Assembly: GCA_964270895.1 (NCBI GenBank)
Contig: OZ185440.1
Source of the DNA: Podarcis filfolensis
Taxonomy: Eukaryota
Reading direction: 5' to 3' (one strand)
Length of the DNA: 64,000 nt
The position numbers and the translations under genes are program-made. Numbering within the stretch: the first letter of the stretch is position 1; each line of letters begins with the position of its first letter. Shown piece by piece: positions 1-13,789 of the stretch. The notes under the pieces were generated by a model. The model saw nothing but the letters and a program-made list of their open reading frames with translations, was not told the DNA's origin and ran no database searches.

Positions 1-1025
1 AGACTTGGCTGGAAGTCCCCCCCCCAAAAAAAAGAAAAGATCAGGGCAAGGTCAAACTAGTTTGGTAAGTGTGGACTAAAGTTTCATGTTTACAGTTTAA
101 ATTGTGAATTGCCTGAGGAATTTGTTCAATACTAAGCTACCTTTTTCGGTCTTGACCTACAGGAGAGTTCATAACTTGATAGAATATGCTTCAGTAAAAA
201 CATTATCTGTCACGGCTATTTATAAGAGGGACTTCCCTTCCTTACATTCTGCCCTTTCACTTACACGACTCTCCAGAGTTCTAAACCAGGACACTACATT
301 GGAAGATACCATTACAAACTAAGAAGCTCCTAGAAAAGTTATATTTGGCCTGGCCATGGTTTCAGCTTAATGTGCTTCTAAAGCATTGAAAGCTACTGAA
401 ATTATTATTGTTCTTTGTTAATTTATGAAGCATTGTCAGTAACCTCAAGATTATGATTTGGCTACTGCTTTCCATATAAGAGTTGCTGTGATACTTTTGA
501 GTTTCAAAACCTTTTCTCTTGGCAACCTTTACAGAGACCACAAGGTGCCAGGGTCTGAGATAAGCAACACAGAATTCTATTAATAGAATCCCTAATGTAC
601 TGCAAGTACCAAAAGTATCCTGGGAGGATACTCTTAAAATGACAAAAGCATCTTCATAGTGCAGTAGATAAAACATTTAAGACATTTAGAAATATCAAAA
701 TAACACATGCATGATTCACTTGTCATGCAAACTGAATTTATATGTAATCATATTTAAGTGTTTGATACTGTGAGTGACTAGAACATGTTGCCTTGATATT
801 CTTCTGCTATTTACCCTGAAATGATAGGTAAAAGTTTCATTCAGTGCCCAAAGAAGACTGGTGTGATCTTTTTAATCCATCCTGATAAGTACAGAAGAGC
901 ATAAACAAAGTTTCAGTAATGTGAAAAAGCATAAATTATGCATAATAAGCACATTTGTACTTATTTTGGCATAATTTTGGGCACGGGAATGGTCAAGGAA
1001 TCATGCAGGGAATGCATCCCTGATT

Positions 1026-1330
1026 CTTTTTCTTCTTCTTTGGCGATCACTCGTAGCTGAGTAAGATTGTCTTCCATAAACACGATTTTAACAATGAGTC
1101 CATAAGTGACTATGGAGGCCAATTCTGGATCCACACGTCCTTCCACAGTGGGGACATTGGTTTCCGGACAGGAGTTGATCACGGTGTGGATTTGCCAAGC
1201 ATGCCTTCCTCTTAGCACGTTTCTCCCTTGTGTTCTGAGTTCGAGTGCCTTCAAAGTCCATGTCACCTTTGGTAAAGGATGTTCTCCAACTGGAGCGCTC
1301 ACAGGCTAGTGTTTCCCAGTTGTCAGGGTT
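1026..1330 (-). mobile_element. 5'-truncated RTE-clade LINE 3' end with C-terminal C2H2 finger
   Basis: The minus frame reads WETLACERSSWRTSFTKG...QCPHCGRTCGSRIGLHSHLWTHC* (stop 1090-1088) and ends in a (GAA)n tail. 9-bp TSD TCCCTGATT at 1017-1025 and 1331-1339. Confidence 0.88.
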
Positions 1331-2822
1331 TCCCTGATTGGTGGAAATATGACTACTTATTCACCTTTGAGTTTCATTGCCCAAGAAGCATATATTTACA
1401 TACTTACATAAAAGTTTTAAAAATGAAGAGCTGCTGATTTCTAGTGTGGCACTAAATGTTCTGTTTGCCAGTAACTGCAGAATTCAATGAATCCTTAATA
1501 TAGGTAAGAAATCTTAATCTGAAGAGTAGTACAGCTTGCCAAATAGTCAAATCCTTTTAAGGCCTTACATGTGATGTTCTCTTGGTACACCAAATTTGGT
1601 AGCACCTTGATAATTCTTAGACTAAAAGTATTGTGATCTCCAAATGTATTTAAAACATAATTGAGAAAAATGGAGCTATGCCTGCTCTTGGGGAAAATTG
1701 TCTGATTTTGCTGCTGGTTGCATTAGGTTTGAAAGGATATGACATGTGAACAAGATCTGTGTTTTGTTGCACCTAGCCAACTGTTATGTTTTGCCAAGCA
1801 AACACTTCCTTAATATTAGAAAGCTCTCGAAATGACTTTCAGCCTTACATGTGGGCTGAAAATAAAGTGTTGTACCCAGTTGGGGGAAGTGACTGATATA
1901 ATGGTGTCATCCCTCTTCTTGGCTTGGATTTTTGTGTGATCCCACAGAGGTAGGCGTAAATCTCGTGCAATCTTGAGTAAACTGGAAATCATTCCATTCT
2001 ATTTCAGGGAAGCGATCCCTGGGCTATGTATTGCCTTCTGCTCAGCTATTGGCGTGGAACATACTCTGTTCTGTGGACTTAGCAGTTGTGCTGAATTGCT
2101 TTATGGTTGAGATCCCTCAGAAGGTCAGAATCATATGGGAACATCATCTGGAAAATATTCCCACCCCCAAATATTGTGCTGATCATTGTTCTCCTCACTG
2201 TGACTCTGCTAGGCTCAGCAACAGGCTGAGCACAAGGACTTCATGCCATGGACTCTGCTGCTAGCTGCTCTCCATTACTGGCTTTAATACTTGGCAAGCC
2301 CACACCTCACATTCTGTGACATTGAAGCTGGGATTAGAGCTCACCATGTCCTCTTCTGTTTGGTGTGAATTCTTTGCTGCCATACCTAGTGTATTTTCTT
2401 CTGCCCGCCCCCCCCTCCTTCCTGCCTCTGTCAGAAATGGTGTGTGATGAGCGGTCCAAGTGTTTTCTGTAGTCACATGGAAGCACTTTATAAAAACAAG
2501 CAGAGAATATCTTTCTTAAAAAGCTATCAGAATCTAATAGATTCTAGTTATTTTACAGGTGGTTTTGACCACTAAAGCCCTTTAGGGCTTTGTGGCTGGG
2601 ATACTTGAAGGACTTATTGTCTCCACGTTTTCTTGCCCATATACTAACATTCTCAGCAGAGTCTATTTTTTTTTGGATGTCCCCTCCATTTTATGTGTGG
2701 TAGATGGCCTCATGGAGGTTGACCTACTCAGTGGTGGTAACCTGAGTTTGGAAAGCTCTTTTCATGGAGGCTTGCTTGGAATCTGCCTTGATGTCATTTC
2801 AGTACCAGACGAGACCCTTGCC

Positions 2823-3072
2823 CAGGGGTAGGCAACCTAAGGCCCGTGGGCCGGATGCGGCCCAATCACCTTCTCAATCCGGTCCACGGACGGTCCAGGA
2901 ATCAGCGTGTTTTTACATGAGTAGAATGTTTGCGTTTATTTAAAATGCATCTCTGGGTTATTTGTGGGGGATAGGAATTCATTCATCCCCCCCCACAAAA
3001 AAAATAGTCCGGCCCACCACATCGTCTGAGGGATGGTGGACTGGTCCATAGCTGAAAAAGGTTGCTGACCTT
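2823..3072. mobile_element. hAT-type MITE
   Basis: Left end CAGGGGTAGGCAACC, right end GTTGCTGACCtt. Perfect 8-bp TSD CCCTTGCC at 2815-2822 and 3073-3080. Confidence 0.85.
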
Positions 3073-3479
3073 CCCTTGCCCCTCTCCAGCTTTTAAATCC
3101 TGTGTACATTAGTTTTATGGTGTGGATTTAAATAGATCATTATTTTGTACTCTGTGGAATACTAGATAGGGGGTGCCCTTTTTAATTTAGCAAGAAATTC
3201 TCAGTTTTTCTTGCAACTTCATTTTCTGTTATATAACTGGAATCAGCTGCTGTTGAAGACAAGCTTGTGTCTATTTCTGAATCTCAGTTATTAGATTTAT
3301 CAATCTTCCATTATTATCTCCTGGTTGCTTTATGTTTACTAGTTGAGTTAGAAATTTTTAAACGTTTTGTAGTTTGCCTGCATTGGATTGGATCTTGGTG
3401 TTTTAGAGGTCATTCCTTGATCTCAAATTGAGGTGTACTGCCCAGTTGTAATATTTAATTTCAAACATTCACTTTGGCT

Positions 3480-3568
3480 GCAATACTAGACCCAATTACT
3501 GGATAATAAATCCCATTATGACCTTAATGGGATTAACTTCTGAATCAACATGCCTAGGATTGTGCTGT
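3480..3568. mobile_element. Degenerate short palindromic MITE, same family as 19747-19828
   Basis: Core aatcccatt...aatgggatt and right end cctaggattgtgctg. Confidence 0.45.
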
Positions 3569-5072
3569 TAATAGCTGTAGGGCAACAACTTCTAGATTTG
3601 TAAGATTGAAATTGGGCTCTTTTGCACCACAGTTTGCCCTATATTTTCTGCTCTTGTGAATTCTTTTACTGGCACTTAGGCCACCCTGCCTTGCCCCTAT
3701 AACTTATTTGTAAGTGGCAGCTATACCAGGGTTGGGACACTGGCTTTGTGGCACTGCCTCAATGTACTAGCCTCCCCTTCATGTTCCTGACACAAGGAAG
3801 TAGATAGGAGCTGTATTTTTGGAATTCTGAAGAAAGGAGGGTGTTCCTTTCTGTCAGTAAACATACCAGAAAGCAGGCTTCATTGACTGGCATGCAGTGT
3901 CTTTCCACCACTTTTGAAGGGAGAAAAGAACAGGAGACAGTACCATGGCTGCCTCATATCAACCAATAGCAGCTATCTTTTTACAGCAGTAGTTCCTCAG
4001 CAGTAGTTCCTCAATTGCTCTGGTACCCACTATCAAAAGAAATGGGAAACTGTGGCTAGTGATTGGTGCCACACCAACTGCTGATGGAAACAATCCCCTT
4101 TTCTTCCTTAGTATTCTAAAGATATTTTGTAGATATTTTTTAGAAGGTTGATATGGACTCAGCTATTGTTTAAATGAAAATGTTTGTTACTTACATGGAT
4201 GTCATAGTTCTGTTTAGTGGTACAATGTGACATCTGGGGCATAGTAACTTGTAAAGGATTTAAGATTCAGAAAACTTAAATTGAAAAACAACCAACATTT
4301 ACAAATTTGCTTCCTAAGGACAGTAAATAAAAATATGCAGTGGTCCAATTACAGTTAACCTCCATGTTTTACCAGGATTTGTCATCAAAATTAGTGAAAT
4401 CTTTGACTGAAGAATGATCACCTGCTGTTAATCTTCTGTGTGTCAGTGGCCTTTCAGGTCCTCACTGAACTTGGCTCTTGGATATTCTGAAGTACTGAAT
4501 TGATCTGACACAGCAACTGCTCACCATCCATTTCCGGACTATATGAAAAACAGGCTTCTATTTTTAACTTGTTCACTTTAGGCTTCTAAGCTACTGTTGT
4601 TTCTTTGCAGTGTCTTGACTTTAATTTGATCTACAAAGGTCTCACGAGTATCTTACCAGCCCTGTTTGCATGCAACAGTGAGCCATGTTTAGAAACAAAC
4701 CATGTCTTACCACAAACAAGTAGCATGATTAAGCACCCTGTGTTTCTACACTCACCTCACTCTTCCTTTTGCCTAGTCAAGAAACAAAACCCTGAAGCAG
4801 CTGGCTTAGCATTGTGTTACTTTATGTGTTTTGTTTGGAGAGAAACCATGAGCACTGATTTGCACAAAAAGCCAAGCCAGCCACTCCAGTGTTTGTATTA
4901 CTAGCTAAGCAAAAGGAGCAGTGAAGCTGTGCAATTGAGTAGCATGTGCTGCCATATTGAATCTTCAACCTGAATGTGTTTAGGATTGGAGTACAAGCTC
5001 TTTGAAGCAGCAGATGCACTCGTTTCTTAGAAGAAAGAGTCTGCTCAGAATCTTTCTTGTGCCACCGTATGC

Positions 5073-5209
5073 CAGGGATAGGGCATCTGTAACCCCCCAG
5101 ATGTTTGGCTCCCAATTCCCATTCATTGTAGCCAGCATGGCCAGTTGGCTGGGATGATGGGAGTGGCAGTACAACAACACTTGAAGGGCACCAGATTGGA
5201 GAAGGTTAC
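5073..5209. mobile_element. Degenerate copy of the ~136-bp hAT hairpin MITE
   Basis: cagggatagggc...ccagatgtttgg...cccattcatt...gggatgatgggagt core, shared with 20749-20884. Confidence 0.55.
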
Positions 5210-5899
5210 TGTAATGTCAGCATAACACTTTATTTCTTTTTGTGTGATGTGGCATTGATGTGTGTCTTGGGGTTTTCCCTCAAAACCTTTTGTGCTGGGA
5301 GGGGGAAAAAATCAATCTGAATGGCTGCTGTCTGCTCTTAATTGTGTTATTGAGCAGAAGACAGAAATGTGAAAGCCCTGGGGATGAGGTTTGCTCCCTT
5401 TCCCTTTTGAGGTCTGCAAAAGAAAAAAATGGAAATTAGGTGTGTGAGAGAAAAATAACTGCTCTCATGAAGTATTTTCTATTTCAGAATATGAAACACT
5501 TCTCAATGTTTCACACTCCTGCAAATATTTGACACAATTTAATAACTTAACGAATGACTTCATTACTATGACATTTTACTGAATTACTAAAAAGAAAAAG
5601 AAAAAGCACACTTAGGATTGTGTGTTGGCTCTGTACTTTCCAATGCTGCAGAATACAGAACATCTTCAGGTATTTGGTTCAGGAGTGCAGTCTGGGTGTC
5701 TGCCAAAAATGTTGCTGATGCTGGCAAAGCCATTATACAGCATAGTCTTTGCTTTCTACTCACTTTGGATTCCTGTTCTACATTAAGGAAAAATGCTAAG
5801 GACACTTGTGTGAGGTCAAAATGCCCTCTTGATCCCTGCCCATCATGGTCAGTGAAATCTAGTAAGAGGGGATTGATTGAATGAGTGCAGGGGGTGGTT

Positions 5900-6330
5900 A
5901 ACTACATGAGGAAGTTATGCCAACCACCTTGAAAGTAGTGGTAGTGTCACCTTCCTGGACCAAGAAAAATACCACCTAGTCTTTTAATATTCCCTTTCTG
6001 GGTAATGTGATTGAGAGGGTGGTGGACAGTCTTTTTGCAGGTATGCCTGGAGGAAGCAGATTGTCTAGACACATTTCAACACTTCATTCTGGCTTCAGGC
6101 CTAGAAACAGCCTTGGTCATCCTGATTAATTAATTGGATGAGAGGGTGAATGTAGCCATGTTTGTTCTCCTTGGATCACCTAGCAGATTTCAACACCATT
6201 GACCACAGTGTCCTTGTGGAAGAACTTTGAGGACTGGAAACACTGTACTACAGCAGTTTCTCTGCTGCCTCTAAGCACAGAAAGTAGCATCAGTGACTGT
6301 TGCTGAGTTGTTCAGCGGCTATTTACTGTG
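5900..6330 (+). mobile_element. Degraded L2-type LINE reverse-transcriptase fragment
   Basis: Frameshifted remnant ADFNTIDHSVL (gcagatttcaacaccattgaccacagtgtcctt), like the L2 RT motif SAAFDTIDHGIL, plus gtgattgagagggtggtg and cagattgtctagacacatttc segments. Confidence 0.65.
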
Positions 6331-6549
6331 CTATTTAGCATCTATATGAAACATTGTGAGCCATCATCCTGGAATTTGGAGCATGGTACCATCGTTAGGT
6401 ACCTGTCCATAGCTTACCCAGTTAGGCTGTCTTGTCAATCTCGTTACGTAAATAGGGAGAGCAGGAGGGATTATACATAATGAGCTTCCTGTCATTCCTT
6501 ATTTATTACATTGATTCAATTCAGATGTCATGTTCTTAGTCATATGAGC

Positions 6550-6735
6550 CAGGGTGGGGGACCTTCGTGGCCTGGTAGGCTGGAACTTTTTCTCCCATGC
6601 CTACGGGCCAACATTGACAGGTGGGTGGAATCGCCCACCTGCCAATTATCTGCTATCATAATGATGTCAGATGATGGACAGGTGGGTGGTCCCCTCCCAT
6701 TTGTCAAAGTGGGAGTTTTACTGCCCATCCAGGAT
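6550..6735. mobile_element. Probable hAT-derived fragment with internal hairpin
   Basis: Starts CAGGGTGGGGGACC; internal inverted pair CAGGTGGG/CCCACCTG and a direct repeat ACAGGTGGGTGG. No TSD found. Confidence 0.35.
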
Positions 6736-7868
6736 TGAACTTGACACACGTCAGCTTGAGTGAAACTTTGGGCTCACATGCTTTACCATTCTCTCTCCTG
6801 CAAGTTTGGAACAGTACTTTTGCAACATTTACTTCTGCTTTCTGTATGAACCAGAGGTTGTGATTTAAAACACTGATCAGTTTCAAAACAAGCCGCGTTT
6901 AAGTTATGTGTGACAGAGCTGGCTTGTTTAGTTAGAGTTTATTTTAAACCACAATGACTGGGTTGTAATAACAAGTCAAGATTGTCTGAAAGCAAAGCTA
7001 AACACTGCACAGATCCTTCTCCCAGGTGCATGGGAGAGGGGAGAGGTCAAGGCTACATCAAGTCTTGCTTGGGCTCCTACCAGTTTGTGAACATAGTATG
7101 AATCATGGTTTTGTGTGAATATGAAAACCAGTTCACTGCCTTTGTGCTAACTTATATTTCTTTTGGCATTGTGCATAATTTGATTCTTGTTAAAATATAA
7201 GCATTAGCCTATTGTTGGTTGCGAAGGGTAGCTTCCACACATGAGAGGTGATAGGTGCAGTGAGTGGGAGTGAGTCAGCAGAGAGTGACAAAATAACCTA
7301 TCTGGACTGCACTGTCACTCTTATTGAATGTCAGTTCTAAAGTTCACTAATGACACAGCTTTAAAATTGTTTCATTGCTCTTTTAAGGAGTTAGACAATA
7401 GTAGAAATTCAGTTTAAGAATGTTCAGGATCAAGCAGCACTTAATGTAATATGTATTTCTTTATGCTAATTCTAGAATACATTAAGTAGCCCATTAGAAA
7501 TTGCCCAGTGGCCCACTACTGGCCCACTGTCTACCTGCTCCTTCAAATAGAAGAAAAATAACTGCATATATTTGCTTATAGGGTTGACAGTTCAGTTTCT
7601 GCAGGAGAAAAAATGTCTAGCTCTTAGCTGCTATCTCTGGACTTCATTACATATATTTTTATTTTGTATGCTGTCCTGATATATGAATACTCTCAGGGCA
7701 CCTTATACAATAAAGCCAATAAAAACATTAAGGCAACAATAAAAAGCTTAACCGGCAAACAGAACAATGGTATATGCTGGTATATGCTTCTGGAGTGGGT
7801 TAGGCTGTTGGAAGACTACTGGTAGGGGTGTTTCCTCTGGCAGTATTCTTATTCTTATTACTGTTAGC

Positions 7869-7902
<34 letters not shown>
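7869..7902. repeat. (TAT)n microsatellite
   Basis: About 11 units seen directly. Confidence 0.95.
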
Positions 7903-10696
7903 GCCATAGGCAACTCAAAATGACTTTTAAAAAGCACCGCTGAAATGAAATGGATGAGTGAAAGTTGGGGTGGCCAAAGATCCACTGGATCCTAAGTGAC
8001 ATTCTAGAAACTGGAGAGAAGTCAAATACAGGCCTTTCTTCTTCCCCCACTTTCTCCCTGAGCTGCAGGGTTGCAGAGGTGTTGGTGGCTCTGCGCCCTA
8101 GTCAGAAGTTAGGATTGTTTCCTAACATAGTAAATAAAGCTAGTGGCAGTAAAAATCAGTACAACTTAAACATATTTATTCATGGGCTATTCCCTCACTT
8201 TCTGTTAGCTTTACAGCTTTGCTTCCCAGCCACACGTGATCACCATGCACATGTACTCTATTCCCCAAGTTTCCCTTGCAGCTTGTTTTTGCTGCCGCCG
8301 CCACCACCAAATCTTCAACTGAACACCTGTTGTATGAGCCTAGAAATAAAATGTTTCGGGTTCTGCAGTGTTCTTCTCATTCTGTTGCAACTATCGCAGC
8401 ATGCTGCTAATAACTGTAAGGCTCACTGTCAGTTGGGAAGAATGTTATGTTGTGGCATTGGCATGGCTCAGCGGCAGAGCTAGAAGATTAAAGGATACAG
8501 AAGTGGCAAATAGAAATGATTTCACAGTACACGTTTGGGAAAATATTTAATGAGGAGCTCACTGCAGAAATAAAGCAGTCATTTAAGCTGCTTATAAGAT
8601 ATTAGATGGTCAAGATTATATTTTTCCATCCTTGCAATCAATATAAAATGTTCCTTGAGGGCCTTATCAAACACTGTAGCTCCACTGGTGCAAGAGACTT
8701 ATTTAGAGCATGTGTACCCTGCTCTTCTGCCAAAAGCCTTCCCAGAGTGGCTTATATATAGTCAGTTAAAACAAGACTTCCATGCACGCAACATAACTTC
8801 CTCTTCCTTTCTCCTTCAGCCTTCTGTGTGCCTGTAAAATTAGCTTTGGAGAGTTAGTGGACCCTGTAGACCACATTTTGGGGGCACGTGGTGGAAAGGT
8901 TTGGATACAACCCTTTGTGTTGGCATGTGGAAGTGCTGTTAAATTGGCACCTGCTAAATGGACTCTCCAAAATATTTCTGCCGTCTCTAAGACTAATAAC
9001 AGCTTTGCCTCATTTATCTTGTCAGGTACTTTGTGTTTGAAAACGATACCATTTTTTTTTACTTAGGGAACTGTGCACCCTCATGGGCTTCTAGCAATAT
9101 TCTGAATATGTTTGTTTGCTTTCGGTTATACATGAAGTTCATAGACATTTCTGTCATAGGATTTTTGAGTAAGTTACAGGAAAATGCCATTCAGTTTTAC
9201 ATGCATCAATATATACCAGGAGCATCAAACCCATGAATGGACTGAAAATACATAGTCACTGAGATTAGGTGGCCTGGCTTCCAATGATAGGGAACTCTCT
9301 AGAGCACATGGACTGCTCAGAGTGCAACAGAAATGTGTTACATCACCTAAGGGCTAATGAGCACACGGTTCATCACTTGGCAAAAAAAAGTTACTTTTTT
9401 TAAAATGAGGGTGGGCGTCTGGGAAAAAAGATGATGGCAAACCTGCCCGCCATTGCACGCAATGTCTTTTGACTATACAGGATTTTGTTTTCAGGTGCAA
9501 TCTCTGAAACATAACCCCTGTGTAAGTTGAGGGCTTATTGTATTGCAGTCTGGGACCCAGTTTGGAGGAGGCAACAAGCTGACCACCCCCACATCTCAGG
9601 TGCTGAGCTCATTGAGGCATGCTACACCCTACTGGTGTCTCCATTGCTTTTGCTCATAAGTTTAATGAAACAAGCTCCAAAGTAGCTGGCATTAAAATAG
9701 CTATATTTCAGAAAACAAAATTGTACCACATATTTTTATCTTACTAAAGTAAGTTTGGAGAGGGTCCAAGCCTTGGACCAGATTTCAAGTTTCTGAGAAA
9801 ATCCTAGGTTTCATTTTATATGTGCTGTATGATTTGGGTGAAGTTTGAACATGCAAATGCAAACATATAGAAAGAATTTCCCACAATAGTCCTCCCTGTG
9901 CTCATACAGCTGAAAATAATTGTAAGCGCAAGGTAAATGTTTTGTTGGGCACAGTGCCATTAAATTCTTGACTGATTTTATTTTAACAATAGCATTTTAA
10001 TCCAGTGTTACAAGGTTTGCGATATATCCATAAGCCATCTGTATGTCAATGAGGTATGTGATTACCATTTTAAGGGGAGACTGAACTTCAATTTGAGTGG
10101 TGTAATAAATGACCTGTCATTGGCAGAGGGAGGTAATATGAAGGATGACTAGTAGGAAGCATTTTGAAAGAATGGGTGTGAGATGGCTAAGACTATTGTG
10201 TCAATAGTGATATAACCATTGACTGTGTACTGACATTCAGCAGGGGTGCCTGGGAAATGTTTGAAGCAAGTTCTGACTATCTCCTGAAAAAACATTGAGA
10301 GCTGCCTAGACTGAAAAAATATTTGACAACTGTATTCCTCTCTGTTGTTGTTCGGAGATTTACCTGACTACTTTCTGGCAGTGCTACTTCTGATGAATGT
10401 TCTGAGTGGTGAGCTCTGTGGGGCATGAAGGCAAGGGCATACCTTCCAATGCTGACAATTGCTAGTGGTGACAGTTGCAAGGCTATTTTGGGAGTTTTAT
10501 TCCTTCGTTCTTTGAACTCATGTGTCTGCTCCCAGACACTGTTAACCCTGACACTCTTCAGCTGTCGGGAGGCTTGCTTTATGTGAAAGATGCTTGCCCA
10601 TTCACCATTCAAATTAAAATAAAGAGGTTGCTTCTTTGAGTGAAACAGAGATAATCACAAGCCCCATTATATCACACTTTCAGTGGCTTTATTATG

Positions 10697-10741
10697 GTGT
10701 GTGTGTGTGAGTGAGAGAGAGAGAGAGAAAGAGAGAGAGAG
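10697..10741. repeat. Compound (GT)n(GA)n microsatellite
   Basis: Seen directly. Confidence 0.9.
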
Positions 10742-10819
10742 TTAAATCCAGATGAGTGGGTCCAGTTGTATGGATGTTCCCAACTTAAATCAGAAATTAG
10801 ATTTTTGCAGATATATACA

Positions 10820-11010
10820 TTTAGAGAGTCAAAGCATTATACTTGGAGCATGGGGTCTAAATCTGCATCTAGGCCATGAAGTTCACGGGGGTCACCCTTG
10901 GTCAGTGTCTCACTCTACCCTAATTCAAGGAATTGATATGTATGGATAAAATGGGGTAACTCCTCCCATTTTATCCTGAGAGAGTGTGGGATATGAATGT
11001 AAAGAAGAAA
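10820..11010 (+). mobile_element. Old tRNA/CORE-type SINE remnant
   Basis: ggccatgaagttcacggggtcacccttggtcagt and ataaaatgggg segments typical of MIR/Squam3-like SINEs; highly diverged. Confidence 0.4.
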
Positions 11011-11108
11011 TAGAACCCAATGACACTGCTTCCGAAACCACTTGGATTGTATTTATTGCATAGATTAAGGTATATAGTCTTTAGGTTGGATGTCTTTAGG
11101 TTGGACAC

Positions 11109-11300
11109 CAGGGCTGGCCCAGCCATGAGGCAAGGTGAGTCGACCACCTCAGGCAGGAGGATCCACAGGGGCAGGTGGAAGTGACTTTCCTGCCCCTAAA
11201 AAAACCCTCCCTGAGGTTAGGATGATCCTGCTGAATGGGGTTGTCTGTTGTGTGAGTGTGTACTGAAGATGTAGTAGAACTCCAAAACTGGGCCAAGGAA
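11109..11300. mobile_element. hAT-like fragment
   Basis: Left end CAGGGCTGGCCC...GAGGCAAGGTGAG...CACCTCAGGCAG; right end unclear. Confidence 0.4.
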
Positions 11301-12904
11301 TCTTCAGTGAGCAGCTGTTTATCTGGATCCAATTCTTATAATTAAAATGTACAAGGTTTGATAATCAAATGAAACATTTATTAAACAATTTTAGTGTAGT
11401 TGTTTGTCAGCAATAGTGTGGTAGCCGTTTGTGGTCGCTGTGATCAGAATGCAAAAGGTAGAAGGAATAGAGTTGTATCCATAATTTCGACCTGATGCTA
11501 AAGAGACAACCCATTGTTGTTGTTCTCTACATATTAATATTTAAACTGAAATGCTTTTTCTCTCCAACAGTGCAAGCTGATGTGTTGGAGACTTCAAATA
11601 ATTGCCAACTATGTGGCCAGTTCTCTTTTTGTTCACACATCTTCACTGAAGCATGGTGATGAAGGGCAAATGTAGCAAGTTCTAATTCAGAGGGCTTTTA
11701 AGCATCTTACCCACAGAGGTTATGAAGTGCTAATTTAGTGATCCATAAAGAATTAACCAAAGTAGTTTCCAAACATCTGTGTTGTAGCTAAGTGGTATGA
11801 GTAGTTGATTTTTCCATTTCTTCTGAACACCTTTGCATCTCACTATTTTAAATGTGGAAAAACAGTAGCCAATGTTTTCTAAAATTAATAACACTTTTAT
11901 GCCCAAGATTCCAGGAAAGTGTTGTGTCCTCTCTTCATGTATAGTGTACATCAATCCCTGAAGTGCTCAAACATGACCATTAAAAATAAATACCTCTAAA
12001 GCATAGGACTACAGTTTTGTTTAATGTTTGGAATCTACTATATCCACAAATCAAGTTATTGTATTGTATATTCATTACAGGAACAGGTGGGGACTTAATT
12101 TTGTTTGTCTTCACTCCAGTTTCCATTCCTTAGGAATCAAGTGGGATATTGACTACTTATGACCAAGGCAGTAAGCGATCCAAAGGAATCTAGGCTTTTA
12201 TTTTCTTGGATCTCATAAGCTTTCTTAGAACCCAGTTAATCCAGTAATTTGTGTGGAGGGGGGACATTTGCAGTTCCTTTGGCTGATGACCAATCTGAGC
12301 AGCTATAGTTAGCCACAGATGTTTTGTAGTGTGGACGGAAGACACTGGATTGGATAAAAAGAATTGGGTAGAATTACTTCATTAATTAGCAGTGTTCTAC
12401 AGACTCGTGTGTATTACTAGCAACAAAATCTCTGCAGAATTGTGACATGGTGTATGATCCAGGTTGCAGCACATATGTGATGCATTGAGACATGGGAATT
12501 TGTTTGTTTATTTAATTCAAGATATTTGTTACTCACCCATCATTGTACACATACAATCCCATTGCTAGAAGCAGTTGTGGTGGGGAGATGAAGGGGGCAA
12601 AAGTTTTTAGATATGTTCCTGTTGCAAAGCAAGCCCTAGCAGCTAGAGTGAATGCAGGTATTCATTGGAAAGGTCTGCAGTGAGGGAATTCCATGTGCCC
12701 CAACCATAGTGGTTCTTTTGCAGTCTAGTAACTTATTATGCCTTGGCTGTTAGTGTTTGTACGCTTTGTAAATTCATGATCTGGCAACCTAAATGAAAGG
12801 CTTGTAAATGCATGAGGCATTTTTGGATTACAGTTCACTTTTCTTGTGTAACAAGCTTCCACTTTCCTTTCTTGATAGGGTATGTTTGGGTCCAACCCAC
12901 TGTT

Positions 12905-12906
12905 TT

Positions 12907-12957
<51 letters not shown>
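12905..12957. repeat. (TTTC)n microsatellite
   Basis: About 13 units seen directly. Confidence 0.95.
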
Positions 12958-13789
12958 ATCCATAACCTCATAGTGGTTTTGCAGCTAGCTAAAGGAAGTA
13001 GTGGTGGGCTGCTTGGTCCTGAATTCTTAGTCCTGCTAACTGCTGTTATCTTTATATGATATAAACTTACCTGCTCCTTTTCTTCAGAACCCAAGTGAAC
13101 CTCCAGGTGCATTCTCTATTTGGATCCAAACCATTGAAAACTGCCTGTTTTCGGTATTTGATCAAGAGATACCTGAAGGAAGGAAATACACACTGCTTAT
13201 TCACTGCCCTTCCCCTTGAAATGATAAATATGAAACTGTACACATTTCTTTAAATAACGTTTTTGTGCCAAAAATCAACGTGGTATCTAATTGCTACAAA
13301 TCATGCTAATGTGTGAACATGAGATTCAATAAAACTTGGAAGTATCAGGCCTTTCACAGGCCCCGAACAATTAAAGTGTATAGCACCAAAAAACAAGTTT
13401 GAGCGGGGCGATTAAAAAATGTCACAGTAGCCAGTTAGCCAGATTGTAATGATCTTGATCCAAATTTGCAGTTATCTTTGGATTAGACAATGTAAATGTC
13501 TATCTTAGCATTGGGCTTTTAGTAATGAACACTGACAGAGCCATGCTACCCTTCCCCATTTGAAACTTTGCTATAATGAAACTATTTTGAAATTTGTTTT
13601 AGAGAGATTTGAGAGCATATCTATGAAATGAATTAATTAAGTCTTTACTAATGACTTGCTCAGAGTGAACAAATTTTTTATTGTTGTTGAAAACATTGAA
13701 ATGTGGCTGGATCAGGTGTTACATAAAGTGCTTTCACCTGAATTTGGGCAATGTCCATATGTCCACACTACAGATATTTGTACCACACC

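Noticed and set aside
961-1302. 113-aa minus ORF (MSAPVGEHP...) as a nested gene or viral element
   Set aside because: It is an alternative frame of the RTE LINE 3' end; the true frame gives the CPHCGRTC...HSH finger, and the element has a TSD.
7800-7985. Poly-Ile ORF
   Set aside because: Translation of the (TAT)n microsatellite.
7965-8483. Longest ORF in the window (172 aa)
   Set aside because: No recognisable domain, composition is intron-like (Leu/Cys/Phe-rich), and there are no supporting splice signals.
10944-10976. 12-bp perfect hairpin as a miRNA or terminator
   Set aside because: Too short for a pre-miRNA, and it lies within a SINE remnant.
12808-13112. ORFs with SFFL/KKER repeats
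   Set aside because: Translations of the (TTTC)n microsatellite.
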